The notes under the pieces: generated by a model | Told to the model about the DNA's origin: nothing | What the model saw: only the letters and a program-made list of their open reading frames with translations | Databases searched by the model: none | In this document: positions 26,623 to 36,342 of the stretch, piece after piece | Layout: each line of letters opens with the position of its first letter | Position numbering within the stretch: the first letter of the stretch is position 1 | Translations under genes and position numbers: made by a program | Source: Parcubacteria group bacterium Athens0714_12 | Lineage (GTDB): Bacteria; Patescibacteriota; Patescibacteriia; UBA2591; VMGY01 | DNA: 64,000 nucleotides | NCBI GenBank assembly: GCA_007378955.1 | Contig: VMGY01000007.1 | Coordinates: forward strand, 8,644 to 72,643 | Reading direction: 5' to 3'

Positions 26623-27744
26623 ATGAAAAAAGATAAATTTAAAAAAATTTTAAAAGAAATATTGTCTTCGGCGGGAATAAAAATCAATGGTCGCAATCCT
26701 TGGGACATAAAAGTTCGTCACGAAAAATTTTATCAAAGAGTTTTAGTTCAGGGCTCTCTCGGCCTTGGCGAATCTTATATGGATAAATGGTGGGATTGCC
26801 AGAAAATTGACCAATTGTTTGAACGGATTTTTATTTTTCAATTGGAAGATAAAATTAAAAAAAATTGGGCGTTGATTTTTGAACTTTTAATAGCGAAGAT
26901 TTTTAACAGGCAATCAAAAAAGAGAGCGTTTCAAGTCGGGGAGAAGCATTATAATTTAGGCAACGAGCTCTATGAAAATATGCTTGATAAGCGGATGGTT
27001 TATACTTGCGCTTACTGGAAAGAGGCGCGTAATCTTGACCATGCCCAGGAAAATAAATTAGATTTAGTCTGCCGCAAATTAGGATTGCGAGAAGGAATGA
27101 AAATACTTGATATCGGCTGCGGTTGGGGGAGTTTTGCCAAATATGCCGCGGAAAAATACAAAGTTGAAGTAGTCGGGGTTACCGTCTCCGAGGAGCAAGT
27201 AAAACTCGGAAAAAAATTATGCCGAGGATTGCCGGTGGAAATCAGGCTACAAGATTACAGGGATATAAATGATAAGTTTGACCACGTTGTTTCTTTGGGC
27301 ATGTTTGAGCATGTTGGTTGTAAAAATTACCGGATATATATGGAAGTTGTCGAGCGATGCTTAAAGGACGAGGGATTGTTTTTATTGCATACCATTGGCG
27401 GGAACAAATCAAGAAATTTTGGCGAGGCATGGGTGGATAAATACATTTTTCCCAATTCAATGCTGCCTTCAATCAAGCAGATAGGATTATCAACCGAAGG
27501 ATTGTTTGTGATGGAAGATTGGCATAATTTTAGCGCTGATTACGACAAAACATTAATGGCTTGGTATGAAAATTTTGATAAAAATTGGCATAAGATAAAA
27601 TCAAATTACGACGAAAGATTTTGCAGGATGTGGAAATATTATTTATTGATAAGCGCCGGTGCGTTCCGTTCAAGGAATAATCAGTTATGGCAAATTGTTT
27701 TTTCCAAGAAAGGCGTTAGAGGAGGATATAAATCTATACGTTAA
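26623..27744 (+). CDS. cfa: cyclopropane-fatty-acyl-phospholipid synthase family SAM-dependent methyltransferase
   Basis: LDIGCGWGSFAKYAAEKY SAM motif, CFA-synthase-like length and C-terminal region. Confidence 0.8.
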   Translation: MKKDKFKKILKEILSSAGIKINGRNPWDIKVRHEKFYQRVLVQGSLGLGESYMDKWWDCQKIDQLFERIFIFQLEDKIKKNWALIFELLIAKIFNRQSKKRAFQVGEKHYNLGNELYENMLDKRMVYTCAYWKEARNLDHAQENKLDLVCRKLGLREGMKILDIGCGWGSFAKYAAEKYKVEVVGVTVSEEQVKLGKKLCRGLPVEIRLQDYRDINDKFDHVVSLGMFEHVGCKNYRIYMEVVERCLKDEGLFLLHTIGGNKSRNFGEAWVDKYIFPNSMLPSIKQIGLSTEGLFVMEDWHNFSADYDKTLMAWYENFDKNWHKIKSNYDERFCRMWKYYLLISAGAFRSRNNQLWQIVFSKKGVRGGYKSIR

Positions 27745-27802
27745 TTTAGAGCGGTTGTTTAAATTAAAAGTATTGTGTTATAATAAAAGAAAATATTTTT
27801 TT

Positions 27803-29170
27803 ATGAAAAGTATAAAATTCAAAATTATCTTTTTAGGTTTGGTAACGATAATGTTTTTAACTTCTGGTTTTGGCTGTAAATGGACCGAAAGCAGAATTAA
27901 GCAAACCTTGAAGCCGGTTAATTTGGTTATTTGGCGGGTTTGGGACGACGAGGATACTTTTAATGATATTCTGACCGCTTATAAACAAATTCACCCCAAT
28001 GTTACTTTTACTTATAAAAATCTTCGTTATGAAGAATATGAAAATGAGCTTTTAAAAGCCTGGGCTAAAGACGAGGGTCCTGATATTTTTTCTATTCCCA
28101 ATGCTTGGCTTAGAAAATATCAGGATTATATTGTTCCTTTGCCGGAAAAAATCACTCTTTCTTATAAAGAAACCTCTGGTTTTTTAAAAAAAGAAGTAAA
28201 GATTACGCAAAAAACTAAAAAAAGCCTATCTTTAAAAGATTTAAAAAGTAATTTTATAGACGTGGTTTATGATGACGCGGTTATTAGCGATAAAATTTAT
28301 GGTTTGCCGTTAAGCGTAGATACTTTGGCTTTATTTTATAATCGCGACCTTTTAAATCAAGCTCAAATTTCCGAAGCGCCGCAGAATTGGAATCAATTTA
28401 TTGAAGCGATAAAAAAATTAACCGTCCAAGATTATTTAGGCAATATAATTCAATCCGGCGCCGCTTTAGGAACAGCGAGCAATGTAAACAGAAACGTTGA
28501 TATTTTATCTTGCCTGATGTTGCAAACTGGAACAAAAATGGAAGACGGAAATAAAGTTGTTTTTGATAAGCATTCTGAAATATATAAAGATTATTTTCCC
28601 GGCGAAAGAGCTTTGGAATTTTATACCGATTTTGCCAATCCGAGCAAAGAAACATATACTTGGAATGAAAAAATGCCTGATTCTTTGCAAGCTTTTATTG
28701 AAGGGAAAACAGCTTTTTTCTTTGGCTATTCTTATCATCTTCTCCAAATCCAACAACAAGCGCCTAAGTTGAATTTTGACGTAACATTAATGCCTCAAAT
28801 TGAAAGCAGTGGCTACAAAGTAAATTATGCCAATTATTGGATAGAAACTGCCGCGAAAAAAACAAAATTTTCTAATGAGGCTTGGGATTTCATCCAGTTC
28901 GCGGCTTCGCAAGAGCAAGCGGACAAATTTCTTAGCCGCGCCAAAAAGCCGACCGCTTTAAGAAGTTTAATTGAAAAGCAATCAGAAGATTTTGATTTAA
29001 TGTCTTTTGCCAAACAGTTGCTTTCCGCTAAAAGCTGGTATCATGGCAAAGATTTTAACGCCGTGGAAGAAATTTTTAAAGAAATGATTAATCAAACTCT
29101 CAAGGGAGAATTATCCGTGAAAGATATAGTTAAATTGGGAGTGCAAAAGGTTAATCAAACATACAAATAA
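27803..29170 (+). CDS. ABC transporter solute-binding lipoprotein (family 1, sugar type); no permease or ATPase genes adjacent
   Basis: Lipobox LTSGFGC; SBP_bac_1-like sequence; start ATG at 27803 chosen over the track's 27659. Confidence 0.65.
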   Translation: MKSIKFKIIFLGLVTIMFLTSGFGCKWTESRIKQTLKPVNLVIWRVWDDEDTFNDILTAYKQIHPNVTFTYKNLRYEEYENELLKAWAKDEGPDIFSIPNAWLRKYQDYIVPLPEKITLSYKETSGFLKKEVKITQKTKKSLSLKDLKSNFIDVVYDDAVISDKIYGLPLSVDTLALFYNRDLLNQAQISEAPQNWNQFIEAIKKLTVQDYLGNIIQSGAALGTASNVNRNVDILSCLMLQTGTKMEDGNKVVFDKHSEIYKDYFPGERALEFYTDFANPSKETYTWNEKMPDSLQAFIEGKTAFFFGYSYHLLQIQQQAPKLNFDVTLMPQIESSGYKVNYANYWIETAAKKTKFSNEAWDFIQFAASQEQADKFLSRAKKPTALRSLIEKQSEDFDLMSFAKQLLSAKSWYHGKDFNAVEEIFKEMINQTLKGELSVKDIVKLGVQKVNQTYK

Positions 29171-29203
29171 CCCATAACTGACAACTTACAACTTACAACT
29201 AAA
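29171..29203 (-). repeat. GTTGTAAGTT short tandem motif (reverse orientation: cccataactgacaacttacaacttacaactaaa)
   Basis: Same motif family as at the tRNA genes. Confidence 0.6.
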
Positions 29204-29710
29204 ATGACAAAAAAACTAAAAAATAAAAAAATTAAAATTATTTACTTTACTTTAAGTTTCTTATTATTTACTTTTTTATTTTTTAGCGCCGCGCCTATTT
29301 TTGCCCAGGAGCCGCAAGGAATTTTTTCCGACGTGCCTTGTTTTAGGCCGGCCGGGGAGTGCGTTAGCGCGCCCGGCGAACCTTCGCCATGCGAATGCGG
29401 TTTATGCGATTTTCTTTACGTTCTCCTTAAAGTCGCTAATTGGGGTTTAAACGGCATTGGCGCCTTAGCTTTGCTTTTTTTTGTCTTCGGCGGCCTTGTC
29501 TGGCTCACTTCCGCCGGCGATAAAAATCGCGTGGCCGCCGGCAAGAAAATTTTGACAGGAACCGCGCTAGGGATTATAATAATTTTAAGCGCTTATCTGG
29601 TTATAAATTTTACTATTTCCACTTTGACCGGAAAACCGGGACAATTTTATATTAAAAGCGACCAATTAAAAGAATGGTATAATGTCTGTGAAATTAAACC
29701 AAATCAATAA
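29204..29710 (+). CDS. TrbC/VirB2-like small membrane (pilin-like) protein, paralog 1, with an extra Cys-rich insert
   Basis: Signal peptide, hydrophobic helix, conserved GGLVWLTSAGD motif, second TM helix. Confidence 0.5.
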   Translation: MTKKLKNKKIKIIYFTLSFLLFTFLFFSAAPIFAQEPQGIFSDVPCFRPAGECVSAPGEPSPCECGLCDFLYVLLKVANWGLNGIGALALLFFVFGGLVWLTSAGDKNRVAAGKKILTGTALGIIIILSAYLVINFTISTLTGKPGQFYIKSDQLKEWYNVCEIKPNQ

Positions 29711-30056
29711 AAATTTTCTAAAAAAAATTATTTCTTTAATTTTAATAATTATCTTTTTTAATTTGTTTCTTATTCAAATTGACGCCCAGGAAACCCTGCC
29801 AAATCCCATTGGCACGACGGATATTAAAGAATTAATTGCTAGAATTATTACTACTATTTTAGGATTGACCGGCGCGATTGCTTTGGTTTTGTTTGTTTAT
29901 GGCGGGTTGGTTTGGATGACTTCCGGCGGCAGTTCGGAAAAGATAAAAGAGGGAAAAAATATTTTAGTTTGGGCAATATTGGGATTAGTGGTGATTTTTA
30001 CCAGTTATATTATTCTTAATTTTGTTTTTGAAACTTTAGAAAAGGTGACAAAATAA
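29682..30056 (+). CDS. TrbC/VirB2-like small membrane protein, paralog 2
   Basis: GGLVWMTSGGSSEKIKEGKNIL motif followed by a TM helix. Confidence 0.5.
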   Translation: MSVKLNQINKNFLKKIISLILIIIFFNLFLIQIDAQETLPNPIGTTDIKELIARIITTILGLTGAIALVLFVYGGLVWMTSGGSSEKIKEGKNILVWAILGLVVIFTSYIILNFVFETLEKVTK

Positions 30057-30126
30057 ATAATAATTTGCGCGAATTCACATTGAATTTATAGAATGTTGCA
30101 ATTTTTATGAGAGGGGGTGAAAAAAA

Positions 30127-30495
30127 ATGACAAAAAAATATTTATTAGCTGGAATTTTAAGCTTAAGTTTAATGGTTGTGTTAGCTGTGCCCGTGTTAGT
30201 CGGAGCCCAGGATATCGTTGATTGGGATAAAGTGGACGTTGGCTTGAGTAGAAGAGATTTAATTGAGGTAGTTAACGCTGTGATTAGAATTGTTTTAAGC
30301 TTTTTGGGAATAATCGCGGTGGTGATTATTTTGATTGGCGGATTTAATTGGATGACTTCCGGCGGCAGTCAAGAGAAGATAGATGGGGCGAGAAAGGCAA
30401 TAAGCGCGGGCGCGATAGGCTTGGTAATCATATTTACGGCTTACGCGATTGCTTACTTTGTTATTGAACAATTGGCCAGTGTAACCGCTGAATAA
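30127..30495 (+). CDS. TrbC/VirB2-like small membrane protein, paralog 3
   Basis: GGFNWMTSGGSQEKIDGARKAI motif followed by a TM helix; RBS gagggggtg. Confidence 0.5.
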   Translation: MTKKYLLAGILSLSLMVVLAVPVLVGAQDIVDWDKVDVGLSRRDLIEVVNAVIRIVLSFLGIIAVVIILIGGFNWMTSGGSQEKIDGARKAISAGAIGLVIIFTAYAIAYFVIEQLASVTAE

Positions 30496-30504
30496 AATTA
30501 ATTT

Positions 30505-30921
30505 ATGAAGAAATTTTTATCTTTTTGGCTGTATAAAGTATTTTTAATTATACTTTTTACGGGTTTAATTTTGCCGGTTTTCGCGGCTGATGACCATGGT
30601 TTGACGGATATGGCGGAAAAAACAGGATTATATACTTCAAGGACTGATGTATATCTTTTGGTGAGCCAGATAATAAATTTGATTTTGAGTTTTTTGGGTT
30701 TAATAACTGTCATTATAATATTTGTGGCAGGTTTTCAGTGGCTCACTTCCGGCGGAAATTCCGAAACAATTCAAAAGGCCAAAGGGAATATTACCAATGC
30801 CGTAATAGGACTGATAATCATTTTATCCGCTTTAAGTATCAGTATTTTTATAACCGATCAGATAAAAATAGCCACCGGAGTGGAAGGTTCGCGAGGCGGC
30901 AGAGGAATATTGCAGCAATAA
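30505..30921 (+). CDS. TrbC/VirB2-like small membrane protein, paralog 4
   Basis: AGFQWLTSGGNSETIQKAKGNI motif followed by a TM helix. Confidence 0.5.
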   Translation: MKKFLSFWLYKVFLIILFTGLILPVFAADDHGLTDMAEKTGLYTSRTDVYLLVSQIINLILSFLGLITVIIIFVAGFQWLTSGGNSETIQKAKGNITNAVIGLIIILSALSISIFITDQIKIATGVEGSRGGRGILQQ

Positions 30922-30992
30922 ATAAAATTTGTTTTCATAAAAAAATACTCCAACTTTGTTAAGTCGGAGTATTTTATTTTTTTTATCTTCTC

Positions 30993-31487
30993 TTATAGAA
31001 TATATCTCCAGTCGCATATAATGCCGTTGTGAATAATGCCCCCCTTTTTATTTTTAATAATTTTTTTATCAATATATAGTTTTTTTCTATGGCCGTCGCC
31101 CCCATAATATTCAGAATAAAAGTATACTTCTACCTCAGAATTTTCTTTAGGTAAAAGTATTTTAGCGATTTGATACTTTCCCGCTTTAACTTTGTATTCC
31201 CCGCCGAAAGAAGTTCTGACTTTGATGGTATAATTCCACGGGTTAACGATTACACCAATCAGACAATCCACTTCTTTAGAGGCACTAGAGGCGCTGATTT
31301 CTCCATTTTTTGTCATCCTCATAATAGCGTCAGCCGAAGCCACGTCTATCGGGTCTTCAGTCCCAAGCCCTCTTCTTAAATATTCTGTTTCTATTGAGCC
31401 GTCCGGCGAGCTTTTCATTTTTAGCGTGCTGGAACAACCAGTAACAATCAATAAAAAAACCAAAAGAAAGACAATTTTACTTTTCAT
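30993..31487 (-). CDS. hypothetical lipoprotein
   Basis: Lipobox VTGCSS after a signal peptide. Confidence 0.5.
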   Translation of the reverse strand: MKSKIVFLLVFLLIVTGCSSTLKMKSSPDGSIETEYLRRGLGTEDPIDVASADAIMRMTKNGEISASSASKEVDCLIGVIVNPWNYTIKVRTSFGGEYKVKAGKYQIAKILLPKENSEVEVYFYSEYYGGDGHRKKLYIDKKIIKNKKGGIIHNGIICDWRYIL

Positions 31488-31567
31488 TTTTTCACCTCCT
31501 TAATTTTTGATTTTGAAGAACATTTTTTAATTAAAATAATAACAGAAATTTATATTTTTGTCAAATA

Positions 31568-32278
31568 TTATCCCTTGGCCAAGACCAAGCCCCAAACATT
31601 TTTAAAACCCGCTTTTTTAAGAATTTTAGCCGCTTCCCTTAAAGTGGAGCCAGTCGTGGTTACATCGTCAATTAAGATAATTTTTTTATAAAGCGTTTCT
31701 TGAGGAAGCGAGAATGAGATGGAAAAAATATTTTTTACATTTTTTTGCCGTTCTTTTCTTTTTAATTTGGTTTGCGGTTTAGTATTTTTTATTCGTTTCA
31801 AAATTCCGGCCGCCGTTTTTATTTTAAAAAAAGTTCCAATTTCTTCGGCTAAAAGTTCGCTTTGGTTAAAACCGCGCCAGCTAAAGCGTTTTTTATGCAA
31901 GGGAATCGGAACGATTAAAAAATCGTCTTTTTCGGATAAATCAAATTGTCGCAAAAAATTGATTAAAATTTTCCCCAATGGTCTTGATAGGTCAAAAGCA
32001 AAATTATATTTAAAAATTTTGATTGATTTGTTTAATAAAATATTTTCATAAGAAGAAGCGATTAAAATGCCGTCTAATTCACAGGATGAAGTTTTTGAAT
32101 TACTGAAAGAATTAAAAAAATCCCCAGCTTGAGGAAAGAAAAATTTTTGGTTGACAGGGATGTTATTCAAGCATTTTTCACACAACCAGACATCCGCCTT
32201 GCCGCATCCTATACAGGAAATGGGGAATAATAAGTCTAAAAAATATTTTTTTATATTTTGAAGTTTTTTTATTATCAA
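31568..32278 (-). CDS. comFC: ComF family protein (phosphoribosyltransferase domain with N-terminal zinc finger)
   Basis: CIGCG...CEKC zinc finger; PRTase motif IILIDDVTTTGSTL. Confidence 0.75.
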   Translation of the reverse strand: MIIKKLQNIKKYFLDLLFPISCIGCGKADVWLCEKCLNNIPVNQKFFFPQAGDFFNSFSNSKTSSCELDGILIASSYENILLNKSIKIFKYNFAFDLSRPLGKILINFLRQFDLSEKDDFLIVPIPLHKKRFSWRGFNQSELLAEEIGTFFKIKTAAGILKRIKNTKPQTKLKRKERQKNVKNIFSISFSLPQETLYKKIILIDDVTTTGSTLREAAKILKKAGFKNVWGLVLAKG

Positions 32279-32279
32279 A

Positions 32280-33173
32280 TTAATTTTTTATCATTTTTCT
32301 TAAAGCATTCACCCTTTCTTCAATCGGCGGGTGAGTGGAGAAAAGTTTTGTCAGCCATGACTTTTTTTTGCCGAAAGGACTGGCGATATATAAATGCGCG
32401 GTCGCGTTAGAAGCTTTTTGAACAGGAGGAGATTGGGAAATTTTTTCCAACGCTCTTGCCAATCCCTCGGGATAACGGGTTAAAAGGGCGGCGTCGGCGT
32501 CGGCTAAAAATTCTCTTTTGCGGGAAATAGTTAATTGGATAATTTGGGCGATTAAAGGGGAAAGAATCGCCAGAATTAAACCGATTATTAAGAAGATGGC
32601 CATAATTTGTCCGCCCTCCTTGCCGCGCCTTCTGTTTCCGCCCCAAAGAAAACTTCTCATCATCCAATCGGAAAGGAGTACGATAACGCCGGCTAAAACC
32701 GCCGTAATGGTCATTAATTTAATATCAAAATTTTTTATATGGGAAAGTTCGTGGCTGATTACGCCCTCCAATTCTTCATTTTCTAATTTTTCCACGATGC
32801 CGGTGGTTAAGGCGATTGAACTGCGCCGAGGGTCTCGGCCGCAGGCAAAAGCATTCATTGCTTGGTCGGGAATAAGATAAATTTTAGGCGCGGGTAAGCC
32901 GGCGGCAATGCATAAATTTTCTACTAAGCGATAAACATATGGATTTTCTTCTTTTTTTATTGGCTTGGCGCCGCTGACCGACAAAGCTATTTTATCCCCT
33001 TTATAATAGCTAACCAAAGCCATCATTAAAGAAATAACTATTGCCATTATCAAGCCGCCATAGCCATAACCGGTTATTTTGCCGAAAATCCATCCCAAGA
33101 GCAGGATAAAAAGAATAAAAAAGAAAATGAGGAAAAAAGATTTTCTTTTATTGGAAGTAATTTGGGAATACAT
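32280..33173 (-). CDS. htpX: M48 family zinc metalloprotease HtpX-like
   Basis: HELSHIKNFD (HExxH) plus TM helices. Confidence 0.8.
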   Translation of the reverse strand: MYSQITSNKRKSFFLIFFFILFILLLGWIFGKITGYGYGGLIMAIVISLMMALVSYYKGDKIALSVSGAKPIKKEENPYVYRLVENLCIAAGLPAPKIYLIPDQAMNAFACGRDPRRSSIALTTGIVEKLENEELEGVISHELSHIKNFDIKLMTITAVLAGVIVLLSDWMMRSFLWGGNRRRGKEGGQIMAIFLIIGLILAILSPLIAQIIQLTISRKREFLADADAALLTRYPEGLARALEKISQSPPVQKASNATAHLYIASPFGKKKSWLTKLFSTHPPIEERVNALRKMIKN

Positions 33174-33277
33174 AGGAGTAATTGCTTATTGCTAATTGAA
33201 TAAAATTAAAAAAATATAACTAACTATTAACAATTATCAATAATAATATATATTTATTTTAATTCTATTGTGGTATA

Positions 33278-33595
33278 ATGTTATTGTCAATCCCGCACCT
33301 TTTAAGCACTAAGCTATGCATTGGGTTTATTATCAAAAGTAAAAAGAATAATTTATTATATATTGGCAGCACTCTTAATTTAGAAAAAAGATTTAAAGAG
33401 TTTTGTAACCATCTCAAAGAACATAATGAAGGGAAATCATTGTCAACTAAAAAATATAAACCTTGGGTTTTAGTTTATGCCGAATGTTATTTTTTAAAAG
33501 AAGATGCTTTATCTCGTGAACGAAATCTAAAATATTTTGGAAAAATTTACGCCCAACTTAAAAGAAGAATAAAAAATAGCATTCAGGGTGCTTAA
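33278..33595 (+). CDS. stand-alone GIY-YIG nuclease domain protein (YhbQ/COG2827-like), second copy; start and stop codons lie within the element termini
   Basis: 105 aa; IGFIIKSKKNNLLYIGSTLNLEKRFKEH...R...N GIY-YIG motif pattern; about 25% identity to the 4710-5030 protein. Confidence 0.7.
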   Translation: MLLSIPHLLSTKLCIGFIIKSKKNNLLYIGSTLNLEKRFKEFCNHLKEHNEGKSLSTKKYKPWVLVYAECYFLKEDALSRERNLKYFGKIYAQLKRRIKNSIQGA

Positions 33596-33613
33596 GAGGT
33601 GCGGGATCAATAA
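33281..33613 (+). mobile_element. second small TIR-bounded GIY-YIG element (about 333 bp), different TIR sequence family, inserted about 22 bp upstream of the pilM start
   Basis: Imperfect about 27-bp inverted repeats ttattgtcaatcccgcaccttttaagcac / gtgcttaagaggtgcgggatcaataa; ATG-containing flanks (taATG / ctttATG). Confidence 0.6.
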
Positions 33614-33635
33614 CTTTATGCTATAATATTTATAT

Positions 33636-34697
33636 ATGAGTATTTTATCGTTTAAAGAAAAAAGTTATTTAGGAGTTGATTTAGGAAGGGGAAGTATTAA
33701 AGTAGTGGAAATGAAAAATGAAAAAGGCAAACCGCAGCTTGTAACTTATGGTTATATAGAAAAAGGAATTGATTTTATTAAAGACGACTCTGAAGATAAA
33801 ATAAAGCAAGCAGCTTTTTACTTGAAAGAAGTTTGCCAAAAATCTCGTGTCGCCACTTCGCAAGTTATCGCTTCTTTGCCGGGATTTTCTGTTTTTAGCG
33901 CCGTGATTAATTTGCCTGTTATGCCGCATAAAGAATTAGTTTCCGCCATTTATTGGGAGGCTAAAAAGTTTATTCCCTTGCCCATAGAAGAAGTGGTTTT
34001 GGATTGGAAAATATTAGAAAATTTAGATAGCCATGACGTTCAAAAAAATGGGAATAATAAAAAAAATTTTAAAATTTTATTAACCGCCGCTTCTCGGAAA
34101 TTAGTTAAAAAATATTTAGAATTATTTAAATTAGCTAATCTGGAATTAATGAGCTTGGAAACAGAGGTTTTTGCCTTGACCCGTTCTCTGATCGGGTACG
34201 ACCCTTCCACGATTATGATTTGCGATATCGGAGCCAAAGTTTCCGATGTGATTATAGTTGAAAATAGCATTCCTGTTTTAAATAGAAGTTTCAACATCGG
34301 CGGAGAATCCATCACAAAAACTATCGCTTCAAATTTAAATATTGATTTTAAAAGAGCGGAACAATTCAAGGTTGATATTGGATTAAACAGCCAGGGCGAC
34401 GGAGTAATTCCGAAAGTAATAGAAGATATTTTAACATCAATAATTAATGAGATTAATTATACGATAGAGCTTTATCAGAGCCAGGGCGCGAAAAAGATAG
34501 AAAAGATAATTTTAACCGGCGGTTCCGCTTTTTTGCCCAATTTATCTTCTTATTTTTCCGAAATTACTAATTTAAAAACATTAATAGGCGATCCTTGGTC
34601 AAGGGTGATTTATCCGTTAGAATTAAAACCGGTCTTAGAAGAATTAGGTCCAAGATTAGCGGTGGCTATTGGTTTAGCGATGAGGGAAGTAGTGTAA
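33636..34697 (+). CDS. pilM: type IV pilus assembly protein PilM
   Basis: Actin-like ATPase fold motifs (LGVDLGRGSIKVV ... ILTGGSA). Confidence 0.85.
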   Translation: MSILSFKEKSYLGVDLGRGSIKVVEMKNEKGKPQLVTYGYIEKGIDFIKDDSEDKIKQAAFYLKEVCQKSRVATSQVIASLPGFSVFSAVINLPVMPHKELVSAIYWEAKKFIPLPIEEVVLDWKILENLDSHDVQKNGNNKKNFKILLTAASRKLVKKYLELFKLANLELMSLETEVFALTRSLIGYDPSTIMICDIGAKVSDVIIVENSIPVLNRSFNIGGESITKTIASNLNIDFKRAEQFKVDIGLNSQGDGVIPKVIEDILTSIINEINYTIELYQSQGAKKIEKIILTGGSAFLPNLSSYFSEITNLKTLIGDPWSRVIYPLELKPVLEELGPRLAVAIGLAMREVV

Positions 34698-34739
34698 ATG
34701 TCTAATAATCATTAGGATTTAGGATTTAATATTATTTTT

Positions 34740-35756
34740 ATGTCCAAAAAAGACATTAATTTATTACCCGAAGATCTTCGGGGGAGAATAAAAATTAATA
34801 CACCCAAAATAAAAATTGAGAAAAGTTTTGAATTGAACGACCCTCAAAAGTCAGAAAAGTTTAAGAATGATAAAATTGAACTTAAAAAAACTTCTCCCAC
34901 CCCTATTTTTACTGAAATCAAAGAAGTTGAAGATATCGCCCCGCTGCCTGGAAAAGAGAGCAGTCGTGAAGAAAAAACAGAAAAGAAAAAAGAATTTTCT
35001 TCTGAAAATGATTTAAAATATCCGGAAGAGAAAACAGAAAATAAAGGCGAAAGCGGCAAAAAAGGAGTTTTAATTATTTCTAAAAAAAAGCCAAATATTT
35101 TTTCTAAATTAAGGCTCATTTTTTCTAAATTTGAAAAAGAAAATTTTTCTTTCAAGAAATTATTTGATTTAACAAAGAAAAAGGATAAGCGCCACTTCCA
35201 TTTAGATGTCAATTTAATTTTTAAAGAAAACGAGTTTTTAAAATCAAAAGAAAAAGAAATATTAGTCAAGATTTATTTAGAAATTATCGCAAGTTTATTT
35301 ATAGTTTTTATTTTTTATTTTTATTTAATTTTTTTAGAATGGAAAATAGGAGACGAAGGCAAAAAAACCGAAGGAGAAATATTAAAAATAGAAGCTCAGA
35401 TAAATAATTTTAAAAAAGAGGAAAAAGATTTGCTTAGCATCCAAGAAAAATTTTTATACGTTAAAGACTTATTTGAAAAACATATTTATTGGACGAAATT
35501 TTTTGATTTTTTAGAAAAATACACCCTTTCCGATGTTTATTACAGTAAATTTGAATATTCTTTAGACAATCCACTTGAATTATCCGGCATCGCCAAGAAC
35601 TCGGAAACTTTAGCGCGCCAAGTCATTTCTCTCCGCAACGCCTCTGATTTTATAGAAAAATTAGAAATAAAACAAATTGACATATTAAAAGAAAAAGAAG
35701 TTTCTTTTGTGTTAAATATAATTTTAGCGCCTGATATTTTTTTAATTAAAGATTAA
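34740..35756 (+). CDS. pilN: PilN-like protein (expanded, with a low-complexity Lys/Glu-rich insert)
   Basis: N-terminal INLLPEDL motif typical of PilN, single TM helix, position after pilM. Confidence 0.55.
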   Translation: MSKKDINLLPEDLRGRIKINTPKIKIEKSFELNDPQKSEKFKNDKIELKKTSPTPIFTEIKEVEDIAPLPGKESSREEKTEKKKEFSSENDLKYPEEKTENKGESGKKGVLIISKKKPNIFSKLRLIFSKFEKENFSFKKLFDLTKKKDKRHFHLDVNLIFKENEFLKSKEKEILVKIYLEIIASLFIVFIFYFYLIFLEWKIGDEGKKTEGEILKIEAQINNFKKEEKDLLSIQEKFLYVKDLFEKHIYWTKFFDFLEKYTLSDVYYSKFEYSLDNPLELSGIAKNSETLARQVISLRNASDFIEKLEIKQIDILKEKEVSFVLNIILAPDIFLIKD

Positions 35757-35757
35757 A

Positions 35758-36315
35758 ATGGAAATAAAAAATAAATTTAAAAATTTTTTAGTTGCTAATT
35801 TTGGCTTATTTAGTTTTATTATCCCTTTGGTTCTTTTATCTTTCAGCTATTTTTATTTATTAGCGCCAAAATATGCTTATTTAAAAGAGATAGGCGGTTT
35901 GACTTTGCAATCTTTAAAGGAAGCAGTTTTAACTAAAGGCGAATATTTATCAAATTTAAAAGAATTAAAAGAAGTTTATAATCGCTTGAGCGATGACGAA
36001 AAAGAGAGATTAAAACAAATTCTTCCTAAAAATAAAGATATTACGAATTTATTCATTCATTTTGAAAACTTGGTTGAGAAAAACGGGCTGGAGTTAGGCG
36101 GGATAAATTTTACTGACTTAAAGTCGGAGGGAAAGATCAAAATTTTAAATATTAAATTGTCTTTAAAAGGCGGCAATTATCAAATTTTTAAGAAATTTTT
36201 ACAAAATTTGGAAAAAGACGTGAAAATATTAGATGTCAATTCGGTTAATTTTTCTGTAGACGGCTATGATTTAAGCATCAATACTTATTATTTGGAAGAT
36301 TCTTCCGGGCAATAA
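35758..36315 (+). CDS. pilO: PilO-like protein
   Basis: Single N-terminal TM helix plus coiled coil; position in pilMNO order. Confidence 0.5.
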   Translation: MEIKNKFKNFLVANFGLFSFIIPLVLLSFSYFYLLAPKYAYLKEIGGLTLQSLKEAVLTKGEYLSNLKELKEVYNRLSDDEKERLKQILPKNKDITNLFIHFENLVEKNGLELGGINFTDLKSEGKIKILNIKLSLKGGNYQIFKKFLQNLEKDVKILDVNSVNFSVDGYDLSINTYYLEDSSGQ

Positions 36316-36342
36316 TTTGATTAATAAGATAAATAATTTAGA

